The notes below the pieces were generated by a model, which had not been told where the DNA came from, did no database searches, and was given only the letters and a program-made list of their open reading frames with translations. A stretch of 38,479 bases of DNA, taken from contig CAZALG010000002.1 in the NCBI GenBank assembly GCA_964485935.1, positions 1 to 38,479 of the forward strand, read 5' to 3'. The position numbers and the translations under genes were made by a program. Below, one piece after another: positions 18,701 through 25,633 of this stretch (position 1 is the first letter of the stretch; every line of letters starts with the position of its first letter). Source of the stretch: an uncultured bacterium. Its GTDB lineage: Bacteria; Hydrothermota; UBA3072.

Positions 18701-18907
18701 ATACGACTGCAAAATCTTCTGGTCTTCAGATTCTTCCGTTTTATACTTACGCTTAGGGCCAAAATACCTGAGATGGTCAGGATGCATTTTATAAACTTCT
18801 ATCTGCTTTTCCATCAAACGTGGTATAACAAGTTTATTCAGGGAATCGATAAGCGCTTCATTCGTTAACGGATCCTGAATGGCTATAGATAAAATTAATA
18901 AAATCAA
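15779..18907 (-). CDS. secreted M6 (immune inhibitor A-like) zinc metalloprotease with FG-GAP/VCBS repeats and a C-terminal sorting domain
   Basis: TLCHEFGHALGLLDLYD (HExxH followed by DLYD, as in InhA). Repeated Dx(D/N)xDG loops (GDIDRDG, GDINNDG, DINGDGRSD). C-terminal beta-sandwich ...VVIRVYSLAGRLI...GIYIATI. TTG start 6 nt after GGAG. Confidence 0.7.
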   Translation of the reverse strand: MILLILSIAIQDPLTNEALIDSLNKLVIPRLMEKQIEVYKMHPDHLRYFGPKRKYKTEESEDQKILQSYRGMRANGVDTVRVAVIRVEFLEDTTSLTTGNGRFNLEGFGSICDTTYDTTSVGTDTLIDTTISRNLSYDPSHDLTYFNRLMEFLHNYYYKVSYGKLWIEWEVLPPTGDSGYSLPHEIKYYGDLDNFVLGFFKLLRDAVEVADYDADFSGFDEVIVFHAGSGWQSDILGNSPYDIIVAQGSGMHDLFGSYLVADGDTIDSGVMMPETSFQDSFPSYLQGTLCHEFGHALGLLDLYDITYETMGMGGWALMGSGNWNINGLIPPRLCAYNRIELGFDNPHIIDRASTSLPVKWAGSMDSTIPRIYKIPINADEYFLIENKFAYVNPDTLRYVSPCTSKVDSNGYRVWKDNILVDIDDYESSLPCDLNSGGLAIWHIDERKIAETELYNMINVGFPKGVDLEEADGIQDFEKDLYTIQNWTAATSGSQLDVFSEGGFNSEFSPETDPSTHDNFGNWTGITISNISSPDTIMYFDVSFYRSLANFPKKFGGSMDVISPQNVDSTIYVGDMWGGVYRVNPDETLFKMAELMDSVYSDSTYTSPLITDVTGNGDLEVFDMTIQGRVFLYDISSDVILDSLSVTGCIYGSASSADILPGGGKEILFGTSASELHLLIWDGDSLVEADGFPLYVGDWLVATPLVIGNSIYVLPADGTLLKVSTAGEIVWRKGEENVSYSLSSPVAGDIDRDGIKEILCSAGSKVIFAVDTTGEIEWKRELPAKTFISTPALGDINNDGYLDVVFADSSNIFALNRNGFLLDNFPIEIHLSEQTQSSVSLSDVSGDSLLDIVFGSPDGGVLAYNGEGEKVVEFPFATGQRSYSTPLVFDINGDGRSDLFIGSRDGWLYGWETDGYHRNDGWNRIYYNNDHQSVFPDSLLPGRFDEEDELAVEEFYIYPSPVRGGDEASIRFILSASAEDVVIRVYSLAGRLITEKRVTGFFGPNDIRIDGDLAGEANGIYIATIDVDNVVFDKFKFGLLNKF

Positions 18908-18932
18908 ATTTTTCTCCTTTTATTTTCTACCA

Positions 18933-19019
18933 CGGAGGGAGAGGGATTTGAACCCCCGTTCCGCTTTCGCGGAAACACGATTTCGAATCGTGCGCTTTCA
19001 ACCGCTCAGCCATCCCTCC
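18933..19019 (-). tRNA. tRNA-Ser (anticodon CGA), class II with long variable arm, no encoded CCA
   Basis: Folded by hand: acceptor GGAGGGA/TCCCTCC, anticodon stem CACGA/TCGTG, loop TTCGAAA, variable arm TTCCGCGAAAGCGGAA, T-loop GGGGGTTCAAATCCCTC. Confidence 0.9.
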
Positions 19020-19464
19020 TCTTTTTAAAAAACTTTCTCAGCAAATTTGCAGATTCTTCCTTTAAAATACCGGATGCGACCTCAAATTTCCAGTTCCAAT
19101 CTTTATTCCTCACGTCGATCACAGAACCAAAAGCCCCGAATTTTTCGTCACTCGCCCCATACACCACCCTGCTTATTCTTGCCTGAACCACAGCACCCGC
19201 ACACATAAGGCAAGGTTCGAGTGTAGAATACAGAACACTGCCATCTAATCTCCAATCTCCAATAGAATTAGCAGCTGCAGTAATAGCTATAATTTCGGCA
19301 TGAGCAGTAGGATCTTTAAGGGTTTCTTTCCTGTTTGCTCCTCTACCAATAATAGCACCATTTTTAACAACAACAGCTCCAACGGGAACCTCCTCATTGC
19401 TAAAAGAGTTCTCTGCCTCCTTCAAAGCTTCCCGCATCCATTTTTCATCTTCCGCCTTATTCAT
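19006..19464 (-). CDS. tadA: tRNA-specific adenosine-34 deaminase
   Basis: HAE and PCLMCAGA zinc motifs. Start set at the internal ATG (MNKAEDEKWM...), because the upstream 45 codons of the tracked ORF run through tRNA-Arg. Confidence 0.9.
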   Translation of the reverse strand: MNKAEDEKWMREALKEAENSFSNEEVPVGAVVVKNGAIIGRGANRKETLKDPTAHAEIIAITAAANSIGDWRLDGSVLYSTLEPCLMCAGAVVQARISRVVYGASDEKFGAFGSVIDVRNKDWNWKFEVASGILKEESANLLRKFFKKRRDG

Positions 19465-19485
19465 ATAAATTTTTTCGTCAACAAG

Positions 19486-19559
19486 TACGCCTGAGAGGAT
19501 TCGAACCTCCAACCTGCGGATCCGTAGTCCGCCGCTCTTTCCAGTTGAGCTACAGGCGT
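19486..19559 (-). tRNA. tRNA-Arg (anticodon ACG), no encoded CCA
   Basis: Folded by hand: acceptor ACGCCTG/CAGGCGT, D arm GCTC..GAGC, anticodon stem GCGGA/TCCGC, loop CTACGGA, T arm GGAGGTTCGAATCCTCT. Confidence 0.9.
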
Positions 19560-19571
19560 AATATAATTTAA

Positions 19572-19599
19572 AATATACAATAAACCCTTTTACTGTCAA
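19572..19599 (-). promoter_or_regulatory. sigma70-like promoter for the tRNA-Arg/tadA unit (TTGACA-N16-TATATT)
   Basis: Minus strand: -35 at 19599..19594, -10 at 19577..19572, about 12 nt before the mature tRNA 5' end. Confidence 0.55.
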
Positions 19600-19640
19600 G
19601 ACTAATAAAAAGAGCCTTTTGTTCCTTATTTTTTGAAAGA

Positions 19641-19671
19641 AAACACGAGATTACACAAGATTGACACTGAT
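19641..19671 (+). repeat. micro-tandem array, 10 nt x3 (AAACACGAGATT ACACAAGATT GACACTGAT)
   Basis: Direct reading; 18-mer shared with 289-306 (reverse complement). Confidence 0.75.
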
Positions 19672-19681
19672 AAAAAATTTA

Positions 19682-19709
19682 AACCACAAAGTACACAAAG
19701 GTCAGAAAG
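19682..19709 (+). repeat. micro-tandem array AACCACAAAG TACACAAAG GTCAGAAAG
   Basis: Direct reading; 19-nt identity with the reverse complement of 8141-8159. Confidence 0.8.
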
Positions 19710-19795
19710 TTTTTATTTGTTTCTTAAGCTAATAGCAAACGGCCAGCCACTAAAAGCTATGCTTTAAAACTAATTAAACCGTCAATAAAAAGTAT

Positions 19796-21046
19796 CTAAT
19801 CAACTAAAAGAATTTTTCCTCTCGAAGGTACACTTTTATCTGCCTTTAAAACTCCAAAATACACTCCTGAAACGCATTTTTTGCCGTTATCCCCTTTCCC
19901 ATCCCAGGGAAGAGTAATCGGCGAAGCGAAGCCGTCGCCTATAGAAAAAGATTTAACAAGTGTTCCGCTCACATTATAGATTGAAAACCGGGCGCCGGTG
20001 GCACCAACAGGTACATTCAACAAAAACTCCGTACTACCGCTAAACGGGTTGGGAAAAACGCTGAATTTTAACTGGGATGGATTAAGGGGAGAAACCTCCA
20101 CTCCCCCCGTTAAATCCTCTAACACCCAAACGGTTCCTTCGTCATGACAACACACGTATATTTTACTTGTCTTAGGGTTCACGCAAATAGTACGAGGCGT
20201 ATCCCCAACTCCTATAGAACTAACAAGAGAACCGGAAGAAACGTCGATAACACTAACACTATCTACATAATAATTCGAAACATAAATCCTGTTTATCTGC
20301 GGGTATACACCGACTGCAATAGAATAGTCCACAGCCTCAAAAGTATCAATCCAGGCATTTGTTGCACCGTCAATCACATGAACCTCATCCCGAGATTGTC
20401 CTGGCACATAGATGCGGTTCGTGTTCGGGTTTACACCAATCATTCCCGGACCGATTACAGTATTAATAGAAGTTATCAAAGAATCACCTTCTCCATCAAT
20501 TACACTTACACTAAACTGTTCACTTGTATAGATACGGTTAGTTGCAGGGTTAACGGCAACAGCTAGAGGGCCGGCTCCAACCGAAATAGTATCAATAACA
20601 GAATTAGTACTGCCGTTTATAACAAAAACATTGTTGTCATAGGCATGTGCCACATATATCTTGTTTGTGACCTGGTTAACAGCAAGTCCATAAGGATAAT
20701 ACTCGACTGGAATATCGGTAACCAAAGAATTATCCGAGCAATCAATTACATAAACGCTGCTATCCGATATACTTGCTGCGTATACCCGGTTCCTTACAGT
20801 ATCCACGTCAAGATCGTTGACACCTGATGCACCCCAAATAGTATCAATCACGGCACCTGACGCGCCATCGATTTCCGTAATCCAATATCCGTTGCTTACA
20901 TATATCCTGTTTGTTGCCGGGTTTACACCGATTCCAGCGGCAATATATCCAACATCAATAGTATCAATAACAGAAACCTGCCCTGTACCTGTAATGGTAA
21001 AACACAGCACCAAACTAACAAGTATAACTCTTTGCAAGAAAGACAT
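19796..21046 (-). CDS. YVTN/YncE-like beta-propeller repeat protein with C-terminal sorting (T9SS/FlgD-Ig-like) domain
   Basis: Seven copies of an N..(R/K)(I/V)Y(V/T/A) motif about 40 aa apart. Signal peptide. C-terminus FSVFPNPFSG...FSIYNVSGTLV...GVYFGVL. Confidence 0.7.
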   Translation of the reverse strand: MSFLQRVILVSLVLCFTITGTGQVSVIDTIDVGYIAAGIGVNPATNRIYVSNGYWITEIDGASGAVIDTIWGASGVNDLDVDTVRNRVYAASISDSSVYVIDCSDNSLVTDIPVEYYPYGLAVNQVTNKIYVAHAYDNNVFVINGSTNSVIDTISVGAGPLAVAVNPATNRIYTSEQFSVSVIDGEGDSLITSINTVIGPGMIGVNPNTNRIYVPGQSRDEVHVIDGATNAWIDTFEAVDYSIAVGVYPQINRIYVSNYYVDSVSVIDVSSGSLVSSIGVGDTPRTICVNPKTSKIYVCCHDEGTVWVLEDLTGGVEVSPLNPSQLKFSVFPNPFSGSTEFLLNVPVGATGARFSIYNVSGTLVKSFSIGDGFASPITLPWDGKGDNGKKCVSGVYFGVLKADKSVPSRGKILLVD

Positions 21047-21152
21047 AACAGCCTCCTTTTAATTCAAAAATTTCAACAAAAATAAATATATTTAACTATT
21101 CTCTAATCCTCAGAAAAGAAAGAATTTACTTGGGCACATTCGCCGCCCCCAA

Positions 21153-22367
21153 CTAAGCGCCGAATTTATCCAGTCGCTCCGCGTGAGCGAGAAGTAGAGA
21201 TGTAAGGTAAAGAGAAGGGATCCGACCTATGCTTCCTCTATAACATTCTCTCTCGCTAAAGTTCGAAACACCGCTAATTCGTGCCCATTTGGAAACAATT
21301 AAAAGCGGAACAGGATGCCAGGAATGCGACTTAAAGGTAGCTGGCGTCGAATGGTCCCCGGTTACAGCCAAAACATCGGGAGAGAGATTCATTATTTCGG
21401 GAATATAGCTATCCGTTTCCTCGATTTTTTCGACTTTCGCATCAAAATTACCATCTTCTCCGTAAGAATCTACTTTTTTAATATGAATATAAAAATAATC
21501 GTAATCCTTATATGATTTTTTAAACACCTTAAATTCCTCTTCAACAGAAGTAGGTGTTCTATCAACATCCATTCCTATCAATTGCGTTAAACCTCTGTAC
21601 ATCGGATAATCGGCAATCGATTTCGCTTTGAGTTTGTAAATTTCCTGAAATTGAGGTAAATCAGGATAACCAGAAATCCCCCGAAGGACCGCAGCGTTTG
21701 GTTTTTCGTTTATTCCATCGAGCGCTTTTTGAATTTTTTCTGTTAGCTTGTTTATAATATCGGCAGTTTTTTTCGCGGATTTTGAGTCCGAAGTAGGAAC
21801 GGAATTAAGAATTTTTTCTCCAACCCTTTGAGGGTCCGTATCCGTCACCTCCCCGCAAACATCACCTCCTCTCAGCCTGACTACGAATCGATGCTCTTTG
21901 CCGCTCGTAAAAGAGACCTTAACTCCTTCTATTTTAGAAATTTCTTTATTTAAATGTTTGACTATTTTTTTATTTACTTCGGTAGCTATCCTCCCGGCTC
22001 TTCTGTCCTTAACAACACCTTTTTCAACAATACAAAAATTGCCTCTTGCAGTCAGATCCCCTTTTTTTACTTCTACCCCCACACCTAATGCTTCAAGAAT
22101 GCCCCTGCCAATTTGATATTTAACAGGATCATAACCGAAAAGAGCAAGATGAGCCGGACCACTCCCGGGAGTTATTCCGGGGAAAACAGGATCCAACAGA
22201 CCACACTCATTTTTAGAAGCAAGGTTGTCCAAATTTTTGGTTCGCGCAATCTCAAGAGCCGTTTTGCCTTTATAGGGCAACCCTCCAAGCCCATCCATAA
22301 CCAGTAAAACAATCTTTTTATCATTTTTTTTCGTAAGACTTGTAAGAATCTCAATCGTATCGTACAC
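21153..22367 (-). CDS. apgM: cofactor-independent phosphoglycerate mutase, archaeal type
   Basis: LLVMDGLGG N-terminal metal site, TGDHSTP motif, about 400 aa; AGGAGG RBS with GTG start. Confidence 0.8.
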   Translation of the reverse strand: MYDTIEILTSLTKKNDKKIVLLVMDGLGGLPYKGKTALEIARTKNLDNLASKNECGLLDPVFPGITPGSGPAHLALFGYDPVKYQIGRGILEALGVGVEVKKGDLTARGNFCIVEKGVVKDRRAGRIATEVNKKIVKHLNKEISKIEGVKVSFTSGKEHRFVVRLRGGDVCGEVTDTDPQRVGEKILNSVPTSDSKSAKKTADIINKLTEKIQKALDGINEKPNAAVLRGISGYPDLPQFQEIYKLKAKSIADYPMYRGLTQLIGMDVDRTPTSVEEEFKVFKKSYKDYDYFYIHIKKVDSYGEDGNFDAKVEKIEETDSYIPEIMNLSPDVLAVTGDHSTPATFKSHSWHPVPLLIVSKWARISGVSNFSERECYRGSIGRIPSLYLTSLLLAHAERLDKFGA

Positions 22368-22391
22368 TTAACCTCCTAAAAATTAAAATCT

Positions 22392-23834
22392 CTAAGCAGA
22401 ACCAAGATAATGGTCACTCCAAACAGGATCAGTCAGTTCATGCATTTCTTTACCGTAATTTATCAGTCCCTTATTAAACCCGTCATCTTTTAAAGCAACA
22501 GCCGCATCATCATCTGCCGGATTTACATTATGTTTTTTTATTACCTCAAGAAACTTTCCGCGATGGTCTCTAATAAAGCAGGGCATAATCCAATTCTTGT
22601 GTTCCTCAGCCGGCTGCTTATATCCGTAATTAAACTGCCATTCTCTTATATCTTTGAAAAACCCGGAATGTATTATATCGTTTAAATTGCGTCCTTCTTT
22701 AAAAGCCTCATACACGTTATCCACAGTGTAAGGAACGAATACACATGGGGTAACATTCCCATCCCAATTAATATAGAAATAACCTCCGGGTCTTGCGCCT
22801 GCGATACATCCGTCAGACCCAGTGGCCGTACTCCAGAAATCAGCCACGAAGATATCTTCTTTGCGCATAAGATGCCACTCCCATTCATACAATCTGGCTC
22901 TCTGTTTTGGTGTCGGCATTAAATCGAGAGTAAATTTTCGTCCTATCGGCATATACTGGAAAATCCAGGCATACATAGCACCAATTTCCTTAAAGAAAAA
23001 ATTCCTGAATTCATCGGAAGTAATCACATCAATATTATGACTGGTAGCAGTTACGGACAACCCAAAAGGAACTCCCGCATTCTTTAGATTACCCATGGCT
23101 TTTAATATTCTATCAAAAACCCCATTTCCTCTTCTGTCATCGGTTTCCTTTTTTAATCCTTCGACCGATATAGCCGGAGTAACGTTACCTAATTTAGCCA
23201 TCCTTTTCGCCACTTCCTCCGAAATCAAGGTACCATTTGTATACATAAGGAAATACGTGTCATCATATTTTTCATAAATATCAAGAATAGTTTTACCATA
23301 CTTATCATCCTTATACATCAGGGGCTCCCCCCCGGAAATTACGATAAATTTCACATCCCATAAATCACGCGCTTGATCTATTATTTTTGTAAAAACACCC
23401 CATTCCAATTTTTCATTAAATTCAGCACCACTCGCAGCATAGCATCCCTTACATCTTAAATTGCATTTTTTCGTCGGGGATATAGTCATAAAAACAGGCG
23501 GCCTTTCTCCATATTTTTTTAGATATTCTAACCTATTATAAAAACCACCGAAGAAAACATTTCCCAAAAAAACTCTAAGTAATCCCTCAATTGAATCTCT
23601 CGACAAATTTCCTTTTTCAACAGATCTCTCAATACTTCTAAAAATCGATCTCGCCATATAATACTTGTCTTCCTGAACTCTTAAAGGCCTATTATCCGGA
23701 TTTTCTCTTATCAAATCTGCATATATGCGCCTTTCCATACTACGCACCAACAAACCTCTTAGCTTCTCTTTGTTTATCGCAAAGTTTGCGGTCGATGAAA
23801 TTGCCTTAAAGCTCGCTCTTTTTATAAAATCCAT
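22392..23834 (-). CDS. radical SAM enzyme with ~110-aa N-terminal extension and C-terminal auxiliary-cluster (SPASM/twitch-like) region; substrate unknown
   Basis: CNLRCKGCY (Cx3Cx2C), GGEPL motif, downstream Cys in GCIAG / TPCVF / MPCF; GGAGGGAGG RBS. Confidence 0.8.
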   Translation of the reverse strand: MDFIKRASFKAISSTANFAINKEKLRGLLVRSMERRIYADLIRENPDNRPLRVQEDKYYMARSIFRSIERSVEKGNLSRDSIEGLLRVFLGNVFFGGFYNRLEYLKKYGERPPVFMTISPTKKCNLRCKGCYAASGAEFNEKLEWGVFTKIIDQARDLWDVKFIVISGGEPLMYKDDKYGKTILDIYEKYDDTYFLMYTNGTLISEEVAKRMAKLGNVTPAISVEGLKKETDDRRGNGVFDRILKAMGNLKNAGVPFGLSVTATSHNIDVITSDEFRNFFFKEIGAMYAWIFQYMPIGRKFTLDLMPTPKQRARLYEWEWHLMRKEDIFVADFWSTATGSDGCIAGARPGGYFYINWDGNVTPCVFVPYTVDNVYEAFKEGRNLNDIIHSGFFKDIREWQFNYGYKQPAEEHKNWIMPCFIRDHRGKFLEVIKKHNVNPADDDAAVALKDDGFNKGLINYGKEMHELTDPVWSDHYLGSA

Positions 23835-23869
23835 ACATACCTCCCTCCGAATTTCACGCCATAGTTTTT

Positions 23870-24133
23870 TTAAAGATCCAACTCCAAGCCAAAACTTTTA
23901 ATGAATTTTTTTAATAGACTTTTATTAAGCTGATAGAAAACCCATCTTTTATACCGCCTCTTTAAAACCAAACCCGATTCTTCAAGCCTTCTAAGATGAT
24001 GGGAAACAGTAGGCTGGGAAAGTTTTAGCGCTTCAACAATTTTAGAAACATTTTTTTCCCCTTGATTCAGTATCTTCAATATTTTCAACCTGGTACCATC
24101 CGCCAACAAATAAAGAATACTATTTATATCCAT
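23870..24133 (-). CDS. ArsR/SmtB-family transcriptional regulator
   Basis: LADGTRLKILKIL...NVSKIVEALKLSQPTVSHHLRRLEESGLV winged-HTH signature. ATG 4 nt after AGGAGG. Confidence 0.8.
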   Translation of the reverse strand: MDINSILYLLADGTRLKILKILNQGEKNVSKIVEALKLSQPTVSHHLRRLEESGLVLKRRYKRWVFYQLNKSLLKKFIKSFGLELDL

Positions 24134-24199
24134 CAAACCTCCTAATAAGCTAAATTACAAATTTAATATATAGACGACTATCTATATATCACTTTTTCC

Positions 24200-24227
24200 A
24201 CTATAATAAATTATTGAGTTTTGTCAA
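24200..24227 (-). promoter_or_regulatory. sigma70-like promoter for the ArsR / radical-SAM / apgM operon (TTGACA-N16-TATAGT)
   Basis: Minus strand: -35 at 24227..24222, -10 at 24205..24200. Confidence 0.5.
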
Positions 24228-24249
24228 GGGGGGCTACCTCCCATTTTTT

Positions 24250-24267
24250 ACCACAGCACACACAGAG
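24250..24267 (+). repeat. two-unit micro-array ACCACAGCA CACACAGAG
   Basis: CACAG at 24252 and 24261 (9-nt period). Read on the minus strand, GTGGTA lies 21 nt upstream of the ArsR -35. Confidence 0.5.
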
Positions 24268-24389
24268 CAAAAAATAGATTCTTACGTAACTTCCTTATCT
24301 TAAAAACAAAAATCCGTTGTAAATACTTGTGAATACCAGATTTGTAATGTTTGAACACAAAATTTTGGGAAGGCAAGCAACTTTGCCTC

Positions 24390-24419
24390 TTGACAAAGTT
24401 CCAAAATACTTTAATTATA
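24390..24419 (+). promoter_or_regulatory. sigma70-like promoter for the rib operon (TTGACA-N17-AATTAT)
   Basis: Perfect -35 at 24390-24395 and an AT-rich -10 around 24413-24419, immediately 5' of the riboswitch. Confidence 0.5.
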
Positions 24420-24422
24420 GAG

Positions 24423-24536
24423 TATCTCTTCGGGGTTGGGTGTAATTCCCAACCGGCGGTGAAAGCCCGCGAGGAGCAATCCTGATTCGGTGGAATTCCG
24501 AAGCCGACGGTGAAAGTCCGGATGAGAGAAGGGAAT
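24423..24536 (+). promoter_or_regulatory. FMN riboswitch (RFN element) aptamer
   Basis: CTCTTCGGGGTTGGGTGTAATTCCCAACCGGCGGTGAAAGCCCGCGAG...GGTGGAATTCCGAAGCCGACGGTGAAAGTCCGGATGAGAGAAGGG closely follows the conserved RFN core. It lies directly upstream of ribD. Confidence 0.9.
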
Positions 24537-24545
24537 TATATTCAG

Positions 24546-24568
24546 AAAACCCCGAAGAGGGGTTTTTT
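24546..24568 (+). terminator. riboswitch expression-platform terminator AAAACCCC-gaaga-GGGGTTTTTT
   Basis: 8-bp stem plus T6 run ending at the ribD ATG. The 3' arm contains the only SD-like purines (GAGGGG). Confidence 0.7.
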
Positions 24569-25633
24569 ATGAATAAATTAGATGAATATTTTTTAAAAGA
24601 AACATTTGAACTTGCGAGAACCGCTGAAGGAATTGTTTCACCCAATCCTCTTGTTGGAGCCTGTGTAGTAAAGAATGGAGTTATTGTCGGTAGAGGTTAT
24701 CATAAAGGGCCGGGAACTCCGCACGCTGAAGTCGAAGCTATCACAGAAGCCGGAGACAAAACTAAAGATGCTACTTTATATGTTTCTCTCGAACCTTGTT
24801 GTCACCACGGAAATACACCTCCATGCGTAGAACTTATCGAATCCAAAGGAATAAAAAGGGTTGTTGCCCCAATAAAAGACCCCAATCCTCTTGTCAATGG
24901 CAAAGGTTTTAAACGCCTGAGGAGTAAAGGAATCCAGGTTAAAACAGAAATTCTCGAAGAAGAAGCGAAGAAACTCAATTCTTTCTACTTAAAATATATT
25001 ACAAAGAAAACCCCTTATGTTATTTTAAAAGCGGCCATGACCCTTGACGGGAAAATCGGAGATCCTAGCAGAGGGATTTACAAAATATCAGGCGACGAGT
25101 CTCATAAGGAAGTTCACCGCCTGAGAAATAAAGTAGATGCAATTCTAATTGGTGTTGGAACTGTCTTGAGTGATAATCCAGCCCTGACAGTACGGAAAGT
25201 TAAAGCAACCAAACAACCCTACAAAATCATAATAGATCCCACTCTTAAGTGCTCTGCGGACGCAAAAATTTTCCGGGGAGGAGGTAAGGTCATTCTTGTT
25301 ACGACTAAAAAAGAAGCAAAAGAAAAATATCCTGATGCAGAAATATGGATTTTTAAAGAAAAAAACAGCTTCATAGATGTTAAAGAGATTTTGAAAAGAG
25401 CAGGCGAAGAGAACATCACTTCGATTGTGGTGGAAGGGGGCAGTAAAACTTTTACTCAATTCGTTAAATCTGAAACAGTGGATAAATATCTTCTTTTCTT
25501 TTCTCCTTCTTTTATAGGTAAAGGAGTTTCTTTAATCGATTCCCCTTTGAAAAGAGTTTTTTTAGATGCAAGTGTAGGGAAAATAGGAGAAGATATTTTA
25601 ATAGAGGCTAATAATGTTTACGGGAATAATTAA
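24569..25633 (+). CDS. ribD: bifunctional diaminohydroxyphosphoribosylaminopyrimidine deaminase / 5-amino-6-(5-phosphoribosylamino)uracil reductase
   Basis: HAEVEA and PCCHHGNTPPC deaminase motifs; C-terminal reductase domain (TLDGKI). Confidence 0.9.
   Translation: MNKLDEYFLKETFELARTAEGIVSPNPLVGACVVKNGVIVGRGYHKGPGTPHAEVEAITEAGDKTKDATLYVSLEPCCHHGNTPPCVELIESKGIKRVVAPIKDPNPLVNGKGFKRLRSKGIQVKTEILEEEAKKLNSFYLKYITKKTPYVILKAAMTLDGKIGDPSRGIYKISGDESHKEVHRLRNKVDAILIGVGTVLSDNPALTVRKVKATKQPYKIIIDPTLKCSADAKIFRGGGKVILVTTKKEAKEKYPDAEIWIFKEKNSFIDVKEILKRAGEENITSIVVEGGSKTFTQFVKSETVDKYLLFFSPSFIGKGVSLIDSPLKRVFLDASVGKIGEDILIEANNVYGNN

Noticed and set aside
19465-19599. N-terminal 45 codons of the tracked 197-aa ORF (19006..19599).
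   Set aside because: This stretch runs straight through tRNA-Arg(ACG) and its promoter. The conserved TadA sequence begins at the internal ATG at 19464.
22392-24136. A RiPP cluster (radical SAM maturase plus precursor peptide).
   Set aside because: No short ORF with an RBS flanks the radical SAM gene: there are 35 nt to arsR and 24 nt to apgM. No protease or transporter is adjacent.
24415-24645. 76-aa minus-strand ORF.
   Set aside because: It lies antisense to the FMN riboswitch and the ribD start. It has no RBS, and the region is explained by the riboswitch.
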